A stretch of 64,000 nucleotides of DNA from Patescibacteria group bacterium (lineage in GTDB: Bacteria > Patescibacteriota > Patescibacteriia > UBA10025 > JAHIVO01), in assembly GCA_041650915.1 (NCBI GenBank), contig JBAZKE010000004.1:36179-100178 (forward strand), given 5' to 3'. The first letter of the stretch is position 1; every line of letters begins with the position of its first letter. Under the pieces are notes generated by a model. That model was not told the origin of the DNA. It was given only the letters and a program-made list of their open reading frames with translations, and made no database searches. This document shows positions 10,324-19,217 of the stretch, piece after piece. The position numbers and the translations under genes were made by a program.

Positions 10324-11133
10324 TTATGGCTTACTTTCTGGCCAACCTTTCAGCCGCAGCAGTTTACTCTCGATCGATGCGCCATCTACGTAGCGGTAAT
10401 ACTCGTCATCGTATCCATAACCACGGAGCGGTTTGCCGTTGTCTTTCCGATCGTCGGCGTCTCTGCGGCTGATCTCGTCGTGCCAGGACCAGAGAAACCC
10501 GTTAAGATAACGTGTTCTGGGCTGGCATACCAATGCGGTTTTGGCCAACCGAAAAAGGTCTTTTTCAGCCCATACGTGTCGATAGCCGCACAAAAGTTCT
10601 AGAACAGCGGCCTTCTCTTTGGGTGTTAGATTGACTTCATTGTTTTCTGTTACTAAGCCAAACAAAGGATTGAAAACAAGATGGCGATCCTCGTAGTGCA
10701 GGACAAAAGTACCCCAACACGGCACCAGCGACTTCAGTAGACACTCCACCTGATAAAAGACGGTGTGGTTCTCCTGCTCGCGAAATTGTAACCTGTATAC
10801 ACATTCCGCTACCGCGTCCACACTTTTGCTGCGTAAAATTTTGTATTCCGCGCCCTTTTTAGCTACTTCGGCTTTGGCCTCTGCCGCCTCGCGCAACTCC
10901 TGTGCACGGGCCTCCCGTCGTTTCTCGGCGTTGGTTTTCTTGACGGTGTACTCGATGCCGGCAGGCAGCAGCACCCGCAGGGCATTGTCTTGGGCATCGA
11001 ATACAAATCGGCCCGGTTCGTCCTGGGCCAACCGCTGCAGCACGGCCTTGGGGAACACACGGCCATAGTGATCGGGCTGGTCGGCCTTCCACAGCACGGC
11101 CGTCGTGACTCTGGCTTGCTCGTTGTGTGTCAT
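10324..11133 (-). CDS. hypothetical protein
   Basis: 269-aa ORF preceded by promoter TTGACA-N17-TAGAAT ending 6 nt before the ATG. Confidence 0.5.
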   Translation of the reverse strand: MTHNEQARVTTAVLWKADQPDHYGRVFPKAVLQRLAQDEPGRFVFDAQDNALRVLLPAGIEYTVKKTNAEKRREARAQELREAAEAKAEVAKKGAEYKILRSKSVDAVAECVYRLQFREQENHTVFYQVECLLKSLVPCWGTFVLHYEDRHLVFNPLFGLVTENNEVNLTPKEKAAVLELLCGYRHVWAEKDLFRLAKTALVCQPRTRYLNGFLWSWHDEISRRDADDRKDNGKPLRGYGYDDEYYRYVDGASIESKLLRLKGWPESKP

Positions 11134-11139
11134 GGCATC

Positions 11140-11168
11140 ATTCTACTCGGCAGAGCCGCGGTTGTCAA
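11140..11168 (-). promoter_or_regulatory. sigma70 promoter TTGACA-N17-TAGAAT, near-leaderless
   Basis: read on the minus strand; the -10 ends 6 nt before the ATG at 11133. Confidence 0.45.
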
Positions 11169-11437
11169 GGCGTAGTGCGTAGTTTTAGTAGCACATCGGT
11201 GAAGTAGTGCCGCCCGACCGCGACGGCATCACGGCGCATTTGTTCCAGTTGCTCCAGGTCAGCCGACACCACTCGAATTGTTCTGGGTTGCTCGTGGAAC
11301 ATGCTGTGTTGCACTGTGCAACCGGGCACCTGCGACAATTCTCTGCAAAATTCGCTGATTTCGTCTAATGTCATTAGGACAGCAGTCATTGACAGCACAT
11401 ATTCAGGTTGGGCGGCGGCTCGGTTATCAGTCAACAT
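11165..11437 (-). CDS. hypothetical protein
   Basis: 90-aa ORF. Confidence 0.4.
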   Translation of the reverse strand: MLTDNRAAAQPEYVLSMTAVLMTLDEISEFCRELSQVPGCTVQHSMFHEQPRTIRVVSADLEQLEQMRRDAVAVGRHYFTDVLLKLRTTP

Positions 11438-11446
11438 TCAGCACCT

Positions 11447-11731
11447 TTAATTTTTGTCATTCGTGAGCATTGACGTCATGGCAGCCAACTCAAATGCCTC
11501 GGCAACGGCCGGGCGCAGCAATTCCAGAAAATCTTCGGGAAACATCTGCTCGGCCGATGCCATGACGTTTTGCTGCAGACGTGCCGCATACATGCGAAAT
11601 TTGCGGGCGGTCTCGCCTGGGTCGTCATGCGGAAATGTCGTTTTGAGTTTTTCGGCCAAGCCGTGTAGTGCCCGTACACTCGCGGCCGTGATGTCGGCCG
11701 CGATTTTGGTTAATTCTGGATGCTGCTGCAT
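11447..11731 (-). CDS. hypothetical protein
   Basis: 94-aa ORF. Confidence 0.4.
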   Translation of the reverse strand: MQQHPELTKIAADITAASVRALHGLAEKLKTTFPHDDPGETARKFRMYAARLQQNVMASAEQMFPEDFLELLRPAVAEAFELAAMTSMLTNDKN

Positions 11732-11733
11732 GG

Positions 11734-11883
11734 TTACACCGGCGGCGCGATCGGAAACCAGGCAGAATCGGCCGGCGGGTACTGTTCGTCGAGGCCCAAA
11801 TAGGCCGCGACAAAGCCAATGCCGTCGTGTCCGATTACAAGATAGCGATTCAGGTCCATCATCTGGGAAACGAATGTGATCAT
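11734..11883 (-). CDS. small hypothetical protein (internal ATG start with SD ggagcaa)
   Basis: The ORF track gives 11734..12015. The ATG at 11883 has an SD and avoids a 113-nt overlap with 11903..12154. Confidence 0.3.
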   Translation of the reverse strand: MITFVSQMMDLNRYLVIGHDGIGFVAAYLGLDEQYPPADSAWFPIAPPV

Positions 11884-11902
11884 GGTGTTGCTCCTTTTGA
11901 CT

Positions 11903-12154
11903 TCAGTCGTCGTCGTTAAATGCTTCACGCATGGCTCGCCGGATATTCGGGTCACCCGCATCGTAGGGACTAGATCTGTCGGCTGTGCCGCGTCGTGGTT
12001 TACTCTGCTGCGCATACAGGTCTCGCACCTTGGCTTCCAGATCCGCGACCTTGGCGGTCAGGGCCTCAACTTCACGCTGTAGTTGATCACACCGATTCAT
12101 CGCTCCGCTCCTTAGTTGACCTATCGTTAGGGATAAATCTTCTCGATTACCCAC
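11903..12154 (-). CDS. hypothetical coiled-coil protein
   Basis: 83-aa ORF. Confidence 0.35.
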   Translation of the reverse strand: MGNREDLSLTIGQLRSGAMNRCDQLQREVEALTAKVADLEAKVRDLYAQQSKPRRGTADRSSPYDAGDPNIRRAMREAFNDDD

Positions 12155-13671
12155 AGACCATAAACGTTACACGTGTCCACAACCTCCATGTGACGCGCAG
12201 GTCTCGCGTAATACTGGGCGTCGAACTCCGCCAAGGTCATGTGGTTGTTGGTACAAAACTTGATGATGGCTTCCTGTTTGGGACTCACAGGCAGCGGAAG
12301 TGACCGGTAGACATGTGCGAGGGCCCGCCAAAACCCCATGGCGGTCTCGTCCATTCGGTTCTTCCAGCCCGGCACCACTGTGACCTCACCCCAACGCTTG
12401 ACTCTCAGGACCGGCTGGATTTTGGCTTCGGGGTCGTCGGGTCCGCGGTGCGGCAGGTACAGCACCAGAAGGTCATCGGAGTCAGGACAAAACAGCAGTG
12501 TTGGCTGGGGGTCGGGGTTCGCTGCTGGTGCGACAAAAGTGACGCTAGGGTTAGACTGAGCCAAGCCAGTGACATCGGGGCAGGGTGTGGTCTGATCTGT
12601 GCCTGGTTGCGCCCCAGCGATTACTCGACAAATTATTTCTAGCGTTTTGGAACCATCGACTTTGTCTTCATTCGGCACCACGTCAGTCACGTACCCCATG
12701 ATACTGCCGGCACCGTTGTGGTCGTGTGTCACGATGCAAACGGCGTCGCCCGCGCCGAAGCGCCCACAGGCTTTAAGATAATTAAGACTGATGAAGCACT
12801 CCTTTGCGGTGTTATACATGATTGGGTACAGCAGCCAAGCCGTGACATCGGTCATGCCGATGACGACCTGGGCATCGGATACAGTTGAACACTGAGGATT
12901 TGATTGATTGTACGCCATTTTATTCTCCTGCTTTGGCTTTGCGCCGAGATCATGGCCTTTGTCGTGGCTGTACTGTACACCCGATACTGAGTTCTGCATG
13001 CACCGTAGGGTTTCGGCGTCATTCTCTGACGACCAGTCGGGCGGTTGCTGGACCATGGTGTGATACGCACCGGGCCTATGGTAGCGCTGCATTGCTTTAC
13101 TGGCCCCGGCCGTGATGGCGGTCATGATGCTTTCCGGAGTTTTATGTGCCCCGGCCTCGATAGCGACATTGAAGGTTTTCAGATTTTCCTCAGAGATTTT
13201 AGAAAAATTGGTAGGAACCATATTGGCCAAATTCTCGATCTCGTTGTGCTGGCGGCGAGCCTTCAGGAGGTCTAGGGCCTCGGTCTCATGCTCAGGTGAT
13301 GCGAACCAAGCAAGCTCCATGGGAAAAGGTGCAGTCCCTCCAGCCTGATATTCAGCATAGCGGTCTACCGCCCGCATGGCGCAGAACACATGGTCTATAT
13401 TGTCAAAACAAAACGATGTGCCTGGCCAGTGCTTTGCGTTCCAGTTTAAAATAGCGGTGGCAACGGCGTCTCGCGTAGCTATTGTCGTGCTCGTGTCCAC
13501 ACATTCCTCGTCGCCGCACCGAGGGCACCGGACTCTTGCGAAGCCTGTATCGTGACCTTTTTCTATGATGATGTCGATCTTGGGCCACACGATGTCGGCA
13601 ATGCTGTCAAGGGCACTGGGGCACCTTGGGCACGGCCCACAGAGAATACTGTATCGCGCGTAGTTCGGCAT
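12127..13671 (-). CDS. 514-aa protein with an N-terminal Lar-like Cys4 zinc-ribbon domain (possible restriction-alleviation fusion)
   Basis: N-terminus CGPCPRCP...VRCPRCGDEEC...AVATAILNWNAKH resembles the Lar family pattern (two CxxC, then AI..WN); the remaining roughly 430 aa are uncharacterised. Confidence 0.4.
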   Translation of the reverse strand: MPNYARYSILCGPCPRCPSALDSIADIVWPKIDIIIEKGHDTGFARVRCPRCGDEECVDTSTTIATRDAVATAILNWNAKHWPGTSFCFDNIDHVFCAMRAVDRYAEYQAGGTAPFPMELAWFASPEHETEALDLLKARRQHNEIENLANMVPTNFSKISEENLKTFNVAIEAGAHKTPESIMTAITAGASKAMQRYHRPGAYHTMVQQPPDWSSENDAETLRCMQNSVSGVQYSHDKGHDLGAKPKQENKMAYNQSNPQCSTVSDAQVVIGMTDVTAWLLYPIMYNTAKECFISLNYLKACGRFGAGDAVCIVTHDHNGAGSIMGYVTDVVPNEDKVDGSKTLEIICRVIAGAQPGTDQTTPCPDVTGLAQSNPSVTFVAPAANPDPQPTLLFCPDSDDLLVLYLPHRGPDDPEAKIQPVLRVKRWGEVTVVPGWKNRMDETAMGFWRALAHVYRSLPLPVSPKQEAIIKFCTNNHMTLAEFDAQYYARPARHMEVVDTCNVYGLWVIEKIYP

Positions 13672-13685
13672 GCTGGTCTCCTTAC

Positions 13686-14216
13686 CTATTTGCTCATACA
13701 GATTTCAAAGCATCGACGCTGCACCCTGGCGTCCCGCAGTGCATTGTGCTGGGGCAGTGATGAATCTGACAGTGCGGCAAATTCCTCGCGATTCAGGTCG
13801 GGATCCAGCCCTTTCAGTTTGAAGACGGTCGCGAGGTCAAATGGAATGTAGAACACGTTGCTGGGCAGATTCTGGGCACCACCAAACAACTCGCAAAATA
13901 ACACAAAATCATACGCCAAAACATCGCTCCAGATTTCCACAGAAGATTCAAACTGTCGTAGCCACTTTGACAATGTCATAGCTATGACTTCGGTGTTGTT
14001 CAGTACCTCAAACGTGTTGGGGCCCGCATGGTGCTTCGTCTGTAGGTACAGTCCGGACAACACATTCTCCTCAATCCAGTCGTCTACTTGGTCTAAATCA
14101 CAATCAGTGAATTCCGCGTAGAACTCCTCGCCAGTTTCGGCCACGAGCGCCAGACTAATGAGCGTGGTGCCCTGATGCAGGCCCGTGAATTCCGTGTCGA
14201 GAAAAAGTCGCGTCAT
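13686..14216 (-). CDS. DEDDh-type 3'-5' exonuclease (DnaQ/oligoribonuclease-like)
   Basis: ExoI FLDTEFTGL and ExoIII HNALRDA motifs. Confidence 0.55.
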   Translation of the reverse strand: MTRLFLDTEFTGLHQGTTLISLALVAETGEEFYAEFTDCDLDQVDDWIEENVLSGLYLQTKHHAGPNTFEVLNNTEVIAMTLSKWLRQFESSVEIWSDVLAYDFVLFCELFGGAQNLPSNVFYIPFDLATVFKLKGLDPDLNREEFAALSDSSLPQHNALRDARVQRRCFEICMSK

Positions 14217-14248
14217 GCTGTCTCCTAGCCCACTGTTTTACAGCGGCC

Positions 14249-15058
14249 TCACCTGTTGGCGACCGCATAAGCCAAACTGCTGTACAGTTCCTCAGCGCCG
14301 CAGCAACTCAAGCCTGACATCTGACCGTCATTCAACTCAACGACCCGCCAGACCCCATCGGTCCGCTCAGCACAATCGAACACCCAGAACGGGATGGAGT
14401 TGCCAACCGCCCGGATGACCGACTGGACGAAATCGTCCGGCACATCATCCGGGCTGGGGATTTTGCTACCATCGAACAGATCCAACTGGCTCGCCCAGTA
14501 ATACCCAGACGCCACGACAGCTCCGCGAAATACGAAAAAGCGAAATTCCTTCGTGACGGGAGCACCCGACAACGAGGTGCCGTACTGAACGAATGGCTCG
14601 TAGGTTCTAAATACTACTCCTTGGTCGGCGATCATGGGGTCTTCCATCAAGCGGAAATACACCTCGCGGGCAGCATCGCGATCCTGCGCGAACATATGGG
14701 TCCGCCAGAGGTTCTTGCGGGAATTTGTCGCGCCCTTCAGCACGAAGGGGCCTGGATGTTGGCTGGCCGTGAATTCAGCCAGCCCGAACCACGTCTCGGG
14801 CGTTAGGTCACGCAGGTCACGATACCAATTCTGCATATCGGCGACATATTCGTGTTGCTGCCGAGTCGTCAGCATGGTGCCGCCGAGGTGATGGACATCG
14901 CGTTCCAGTTCGTGGTAATACGGCAAGACGGAATACCGGCCCAGTACGACATCACCCGGTTTTACCTGGGCACGGGACTCGATGACATCGGAATGCCGGC
15001 AGGCTATTTCGTATTCGCCGAGTTCTGCAAGACTATGACGAAATAGGATTTTGGTCAT
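14249..15058 (-). CDS. hypothetical protein, possibly ATP-grasp-like
   Basis: 269 aa; FVLKGATNSRK and C-terminal WRVVELNDGQMSG weakly resemble ATP-grasp motifs. Confidence 0.35.
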   Translation of the reverse strand: MTKILFRHSLAELGEYEIACRHSDVIESRAQVKPGDVVLGRYSVLPYYHELERDVHHLGGTMLTTRQQHEYVADMQNWYRDLRDLTPETWFGLAEFTASQHPGPFVLKGATNSRKNLWRTHMFAQDRDAAREVYFRLMEDPMIADQGVVFRTYEPFVQYGTSLSGAPVTKEFRFFVFRGAVVASGYYWASQLDLFDGSKIPSPDDVPDDFVQSVIRAVGNSIPFWVFDCAERTDGVWRVVELNDGQMSGLSCCGAEELYSSLAYAVANR

Positions 15059-15073
15059 ATGGCTCCTGGTGGG

Positions 15074-15346
15074 TTACTCGTAGTCGCTCTCTTGGTTCCT
15101 CTCGATGCGTTTGACCCGGTTTCGGTCCTGCTGCGACAGTTTCTCCCAAATTTCGTCCATGAACGCACAAATCGCGTCGTCCTGCTGGTCCGTGGTGGTG
15201 CCGTCATTGGCCCGACCAAGCAGAAGCACAAACGCGAGTTTCAGGTAAAAGTCGGCTAGGGTAAGGACTCGGTAGTCCTCGGGAAGGACCCCCGGAATGG
15301 ACACGCCCTGGTACCGCTGCCATTCTGGCTTTTTGATCTCAGACAT
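15074..15346 (-). CDS. small hypothetical protein (start trimmed to the ATG with GGGGA SD)
   Basis: The ORF track gives 15074..15514, but its N-terminal extension is R/G-rich low-complexity and overlaps the neighbouring gene. Confidence 0.3.
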   Translation of the reverse strand: MSEIKKPEWQRYQGVSIPGVLPEDYRVLTLADFYLKLAFVLLLGRANDGTTTDQQDDAICAFMDEIWEKLSQQDRNRVKRIERNQESDYE

Positions 15347-15378
15347 GCCGTCCCCATTTAACATGATGTTGAAATTCG

Positions 15379-15612
15379 CTAACCATCTTGGATCTCCCCT
15401 CGCTCCGCCATTTCTGCCTTGACGGCCTCGGCCAGGTCCTCTGGAGTATAGCGCGGGCTCAGGAGGATTTCGGTTTTGTCGTGTACTTCCATTTCTGCGC
15501 CTTCCATAATCCATCCATCGATTTCATCTTGTGACAAATCATCGATGTCTGATAGGTCTACTTCAACAGACCCCTTGCAGGTCATTACGTAATCACAGAT
15601 CAGTTTCATCGC
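15379..15612 (-). CDS. small acidic hypothetical protein
   Basis: ATG at 15612 is preceded by GGAGGAA SD; the longer track ORF to 15687 would run into the conserved TnpB-like promoter block. Confidence 0.3.
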   Translation of the reverse strand, partial: AMKLICDYVMTCKGSVEVDLSDIDDLSQDEIDGWIMEGAEMEVHDKTEILLSPRYTPEDLAEAVKAEMAERGEIQDG

Positions 15613-15680
15613 GTTCCTCCGCATCACGCTCGTGGGTCGAGAGATGGGTTCCGAACAGCTCGAAATAATTTCATCAGGCA

Positions 15681-15709
15681 TTGACAATCTTCGACTTTCA
15701 CCTTACACT
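15681..15709 (+). promoter_or_regulatory. sigma70-type promoter TTGACA-N17-TACACT driving TnpB-like copy 2
   Basis: same architecture and flanking sequence as 3945..3973. Confidence 0.5.
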
Positions 15710-15735
15710 GTAGTTGAAGGGAATCGATCTGTCAA

Positions 15736-17376
15736 GTGAGAAAGAAGGCAAAAGACACCCGCCTCATCGTTTCGTACGCGACACGTGTGCCTACCGAATG
15801 CATTGATTATTGTGAATCTTATGCCTTAATTTTTAACACAGCGCAACGATGCCTTCATGCGGCTCGACAAAAACCAGGTTTTGATGCCAATCGAACTAAA
15901 CGAGACTATCAAATAAAATACGGAATTAATGCCAGGCAGTACAACGGCATTAAAATCGATCTAGACGGTAAAGAAAGCTCCCGAGCTGAAGTCCATAAAG
16001 CACACGGCATCTCAACAGCAGCATCCGTAGCTGCACTGACTAAGAAGGTTAAAGACCTAAAAGCAGAAGTTAAAAAAGAAGATAAAGCTAAAACACGTTT
16101 TATCCTGCATCAAAAACAACGTAGACTGGGAAGCCAAAAAGCAAAACTTAAAACACTCGAAAGCACAAAGCCTAAACTCTGTTTCGGTTCAAAAAAGCTG
16201 TTTCTGGCTCAATACAACTTGAAAGAAAACGGTTACAAGGATCACGTTGAATGGAAGAAAGCCTGGAGAAAAACCCGTAACAGCACGTTTGTACTCGTAG
16301 GTAGCTCAGGAGAAACCCAAGGAAACTCCATAGCACAACTTGTTGAACAACCCGATGAGTCTTTCACTTTAACGCTCAGAACTGCTCCTGGACTAGTTAA
16401 CCAATTTGGGCCTATTGTCGTTTTTGAAAAGCTTGAATTTCACTATGACCGAAGCGGCAAAAACGCAGCTGTTCATGACATTAGAGCAGCTTTGGAACAA
16501 GGTGATGCTCTGACGTTTAGATTCAATCGAGGTAAAAAAGGCAGATGGACAGTACATGTTTCACTTCACAGAAGTGAAGTCGAAATCGTTTCAAACCGAC
16601 GCAATGGCCGTGTTGGAGTAGATATCAATAATGGCAGCCTGGATGCTGCTTTTGTTGATTTTGAAGGGAATATGAAGGCCTACCTTTCTGTTCCGTTCAA
16701 AACTAGTAAAAGTGCAAATCACGACCAAATACAAGCGTCAATTGGAGAAGCAGTTAAACAAATCATTGCTTTTGCTGTAGAGCAAAAAGCGCCTGTAGTG
16801 ATTGAAAACCTTGACTTTACTGGCAAAAAGAAAGCCATGAAGGATCAAGGTTTGCCTCAAAGAGCTGTGTTGGCTGCTTTTTCTTACAGTGCAGTAACGG
16901 CTATAATTAAAAGCAGAGCATGGCGAGAAGGCATTGAACTATTTACCGTTAATCCTGCGTATAGTTCAGTTATTGGTTGTGTAAAGTATCAATCCCAATA
17001 TGGAATAAATTCTGGAGTAGCTGCAGGAATTGTTTTGGCAAGGCGAAACCTAAGAAAATCCGAGAGATGTCCCTTATCCGTGGCCTACACTCCTAAATCC
17101 CCAGAGGACGGTTTAAGACATGTATGGTCCCGTTGGGCAGCTCTCGCGCGAAACATTCGTGCCAAAGCAAAGATGAAAATCTTTGTTCGACGACATGATT
17201 GGTTTCGCAAAAGTGGTGCCTTGAGCACGGCAGAGGGCAAGCTTTTATGTACCGAAGGAACATCTCTTCAAAGGCATAAGGGCAAGGTGAAAACCACTTC
17301 TGTTCTGGATGAAAGTTCCAGCACGAATCGTCGGAAAAACAGTTCGTCCGACGTCGTGGTTAAATGTAATGTTTGA
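15736..17376 (+). CDS. TnpB/Cas12-family protein, copy 2 (546 aa), paralog of 4000..5640 with the same RuvC-III/ZnF loss
   Basis: About 90% aa identity to copy 1; NPAYSSVIGCVKYQSQYGINSGVAAGIV with no zinc finger and no catalytic Asp; AT-rich. Confidence 0.7.
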   Translation: MRKKAKDTRLIVSYATRVPTECIDYCESYALIFNTAQRCLHAARQKPGFDANRTKRDYQIKYGINARQYNGIKIDLDGKESSRAEVHKAHGISTAASVAALTKKVKDLKAEVKKEDKAKTRFILHQKQRRLGSQKAKLKTLESTKPKLCFGSKKLFLAQYNLKENGYKDHVEWKKAWRKTRNSTFVLVGSSGETQGNSIAQLVEQPDESFTLTLRTAPGLVNQFGPIVVFEKLEFHYDRSGKNAAVHDIRAALEQGDALTFRFNRGKKGRWTVHVSLHRSEVEIVSNRRNGRVGVDINNGSLDAAFVDFEGNMKAYLSVPFKTSKSANHDQIQASIGEAVKQIIAFAVEQKAPVVIENLDFTGKKKAMKDQGLPQRAVLAAFSYSAVTAIIKSRAWREGIELFTVNPAYSSVIGCVKYQSQYGINSGVAAGIVLARRNLRKSERCPLSVAYTPKSPEDGLRHVWSRWAALARNIRAKAKMKIFVRRHDWFRKSGALSTAEGKLLCTEGTSLQRHKGKVKTTSVLDESSSTNRRKNSSSDVVVKCNV

Positions 17377-17404
17377 CTATGGTTTTAGGAACGGTACAGT
17401 AGTC

Positions 17405-17755
17405 TCAGGATTTACTGCTCCACCAGCTCAGTTCGTGTCTTTTTATCCTGCCTGTGCCATGGCACACCGGATGGTCAGGGCCATCCCAACCAGCGGCGCA
17501 CCCACAACATCCTGGGCAATCTACCTCCTCTAAATCCGGATTTGCTTCGCCCCGCGCATCACTCTCTGCTTTCTCGGCCTCGTTGTCCATGTGGTCCAGG
17601 ATTAGCCGCACCTGCATGGTGTCCATGCTCATCAGCCGGGCGATTTGTTCTGGTGTCTGGTGCATTACGTCCCGCTGCCACACCAGGGCTTTTGCACGGG
17701 CCTGCAGAAAGTCACCCCACGGGTGCGGATTCATCACGTTCCTCCTTGGTAGCAC
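17405..17755 (-). CDS. hypothetical protein with possible HTH (TPEQIARLMSMDTMQVRLIL) and Cys cluster
   Basis: 116-aa ORF; its stop is 5 nt after the conserved 3' end of TnpB-like copy 2. Confidence 0.4.
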   Translation of the reverse strand: MLPRRNVMNPHPWGDFLQARAKALVWQRDVMHQTPEQIARLMSMDTMQVRLILDHMDNEAEKAESDARGEANPDLEEVDCPGCCGCAAGWDGPDHPVCHGTGRIKRHELSWWSSKS

Positions 17756-17756
17756 A

Positions 17757-18137
17757 TTATCCGCGCACCATCTGTTTCCACGCCCAAGCGGCGCGAGTCA
17801 CTAGATATGACGCGTCGTTTGTAGGGCACGGTCGAAACCCGCCGCGCGGCATTTCGGCCCATTGTGGCGGTGCAATTTCACGGCAATGGAGATCACACTC
17901 AGGACAGGAAATGCGCACCTCGTGTTCCTGTCCATCCCAACGCTCGAAAATCCGTGTGTAAGCTGGGCCACCACAGATGCACATTAAACCGTCGCGCCCC
18001 GGAATGGCACCAACACCTACGGTGGCGAGAGGCGAGGGAGAAGGAGAAAACCGGCGCCAGGCGTGCCAGCCCGAGGCGCGCAAGTGCTCGACGTATTCAC
18101 GCGCTCCCTCAAAGTCAGTGTTGATCGTGAACACCAC
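17757..18137 (-). CDS. hypothetical Cys-rich protein
   Basis: 126-aa ORF. Confidence 0.4.
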   Translation of the reverse strand: MVFTINTDFEGAREYVEHLRASGWHAWRRFSPSPSPLATVGVGAIPGRDGLMCICGGPAYTRIFERWDGQEHEVRISCPECDLHCREIAPPQWAEMPRGGFRPCPTNDASYLVTRAAWAWKQMVRG

Positions 18138-18351
18138 GTTCCTCCTCGGTCATACGGTCCGGCACATTGCACGCTGGGCAGTCGGCCGCCACACTCTGCT
18201 CAGGTACGAAAATATACCCACCGCCACCGCATACTCGGCAAGACTGTGCATGATCATCAGTGCTGTCCGGTGGCGGCTTAATCTGCCCGACACCCGTAGC
18301 CTTGACCAAACCTTCAGCGACGTAATTATCGTGTTGCTGGCGAATTGTCAT
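18115..18351 (-). CDS. small zinc-ribbon protein
   Basis: CRVCGGGG...CPACN. Confidence 0.35.
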   Translation of the reverse strand: MTIRQQHDNYVAEGLVKATGVGQIKPPPDSTDDHAQSCRVCGGGGYIFVPEQSVAADCPACNVPDRMTEEERGVHDQH

Positions 18352-19217
18352 GGCGTCGCTCCCGGTGCTGGATATTGGGCCATGATGTTGCCGTCATAGC
18401 GACGACGAGCATGCAGTGCTGTTTCCACCATCGCGGCAATGGCTTGGTCAACAGTCTCGGCGGGCGTGCATAGCCCGTGGGTCGTTTGAGTTCCGCAATC
18501 CCAAGAATTCTCACCTTTACCTGCATGTGGAATTGGCGTTTTCATCTCGATGTCAGCCCGCAGCACGACCGTACAGGGCCAGCTCAAGCGAGAGTGAGTC
18601 CAGGTATCGCGGCACATTTTGATGACCGCTGGATATGGGCCTTCAGGCATCGGGATCACGACGTCGTGAACCGACAGGATTGTTCGCCGGTACTGTTGTT
18701 TGCCCAGCAGAAAATCAAACGGTCGGAAGTTTCCACTGCGCCAGCGTGGTGTGTTGCTGTACCAGTGATGGCTGGGGTGTAGGATTTCCCACCAGACCGC
18801 GTCATCGAACATCTTGATCGAAAGTACGTCGAGTTCGCCCAGACTGCCGAGCCAATTGGCGAATTTGCGACCCAGCCAATCGTGATACTGGTCAAATTCC
18901 ACGGAGCAGTAGACCCGGGCGAGCCACGGAATCCCACAAGCCACCTGCACGCCAGCGGTGTCGCCAGTGTTGGTTTTGACGCTGAAGCCGCCCATGTCGC
19001 CAGCACCGTCCGCGCACCATTCTGGACGAACCGTTACGGGTCCGCACGTTAGCCAAGCACGACCATGCAGGGGAAACGTTTTGTCCGTGCTGCCACGGGC
19101 GCGAAGTCGGCGGTTGTCTCGATTGAGATTCTGCCAGTGAAAACGTAACCATTGTTCTGGTCGGTGCATCACGACTCCTGCTGGTGAATAGTCACTGCTC
19201 CTCCGGCCGTTCCGCAA
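18348..19217 (-). CDS. hypothetical protein
   Basis: 289-aa ORF (true start may be the internal ATG at 19169). Confidence 0.45.
   Translation of the reverse strand: MRNGRRSSDYSPAGVVMHRPEQWLRFHWQNLNRDNRRLRARGSTDKTFPLHGRAWLTCGPVTVRPEWCADGAGDMGGFSVKTNTGDTAGVQVACGIPWLARVYCSVEFDQYHDWLGRKFANWLGSLGELDVLSIKMFDDAVWWEILHPSHHWYSNTPRWRSGNFRPFDFLLGKQQYRRTILSVHDVVIPMPEGPYPAVIKMCRDTWTHSRLSWPCTVVLRADIEMKTPIPHAGKGENSWDCGTQTTHGLCTPAETVDQAIAAMVETALHARRRYDGNIMAQYPAPGATP

Noticed and set aside
4000-17376. Idea that the 546-aa TnpB-like proteins are Cas12-type effectors serving the CRISPR array
   Set aside because: They are not adjacent to the array. The array repeat carries a type I Cas5d/Cas6-style ATTGAAAC handle and sits beside a complete I-C interference module. 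The proteins also lack a RuvC-III catalytic residue.
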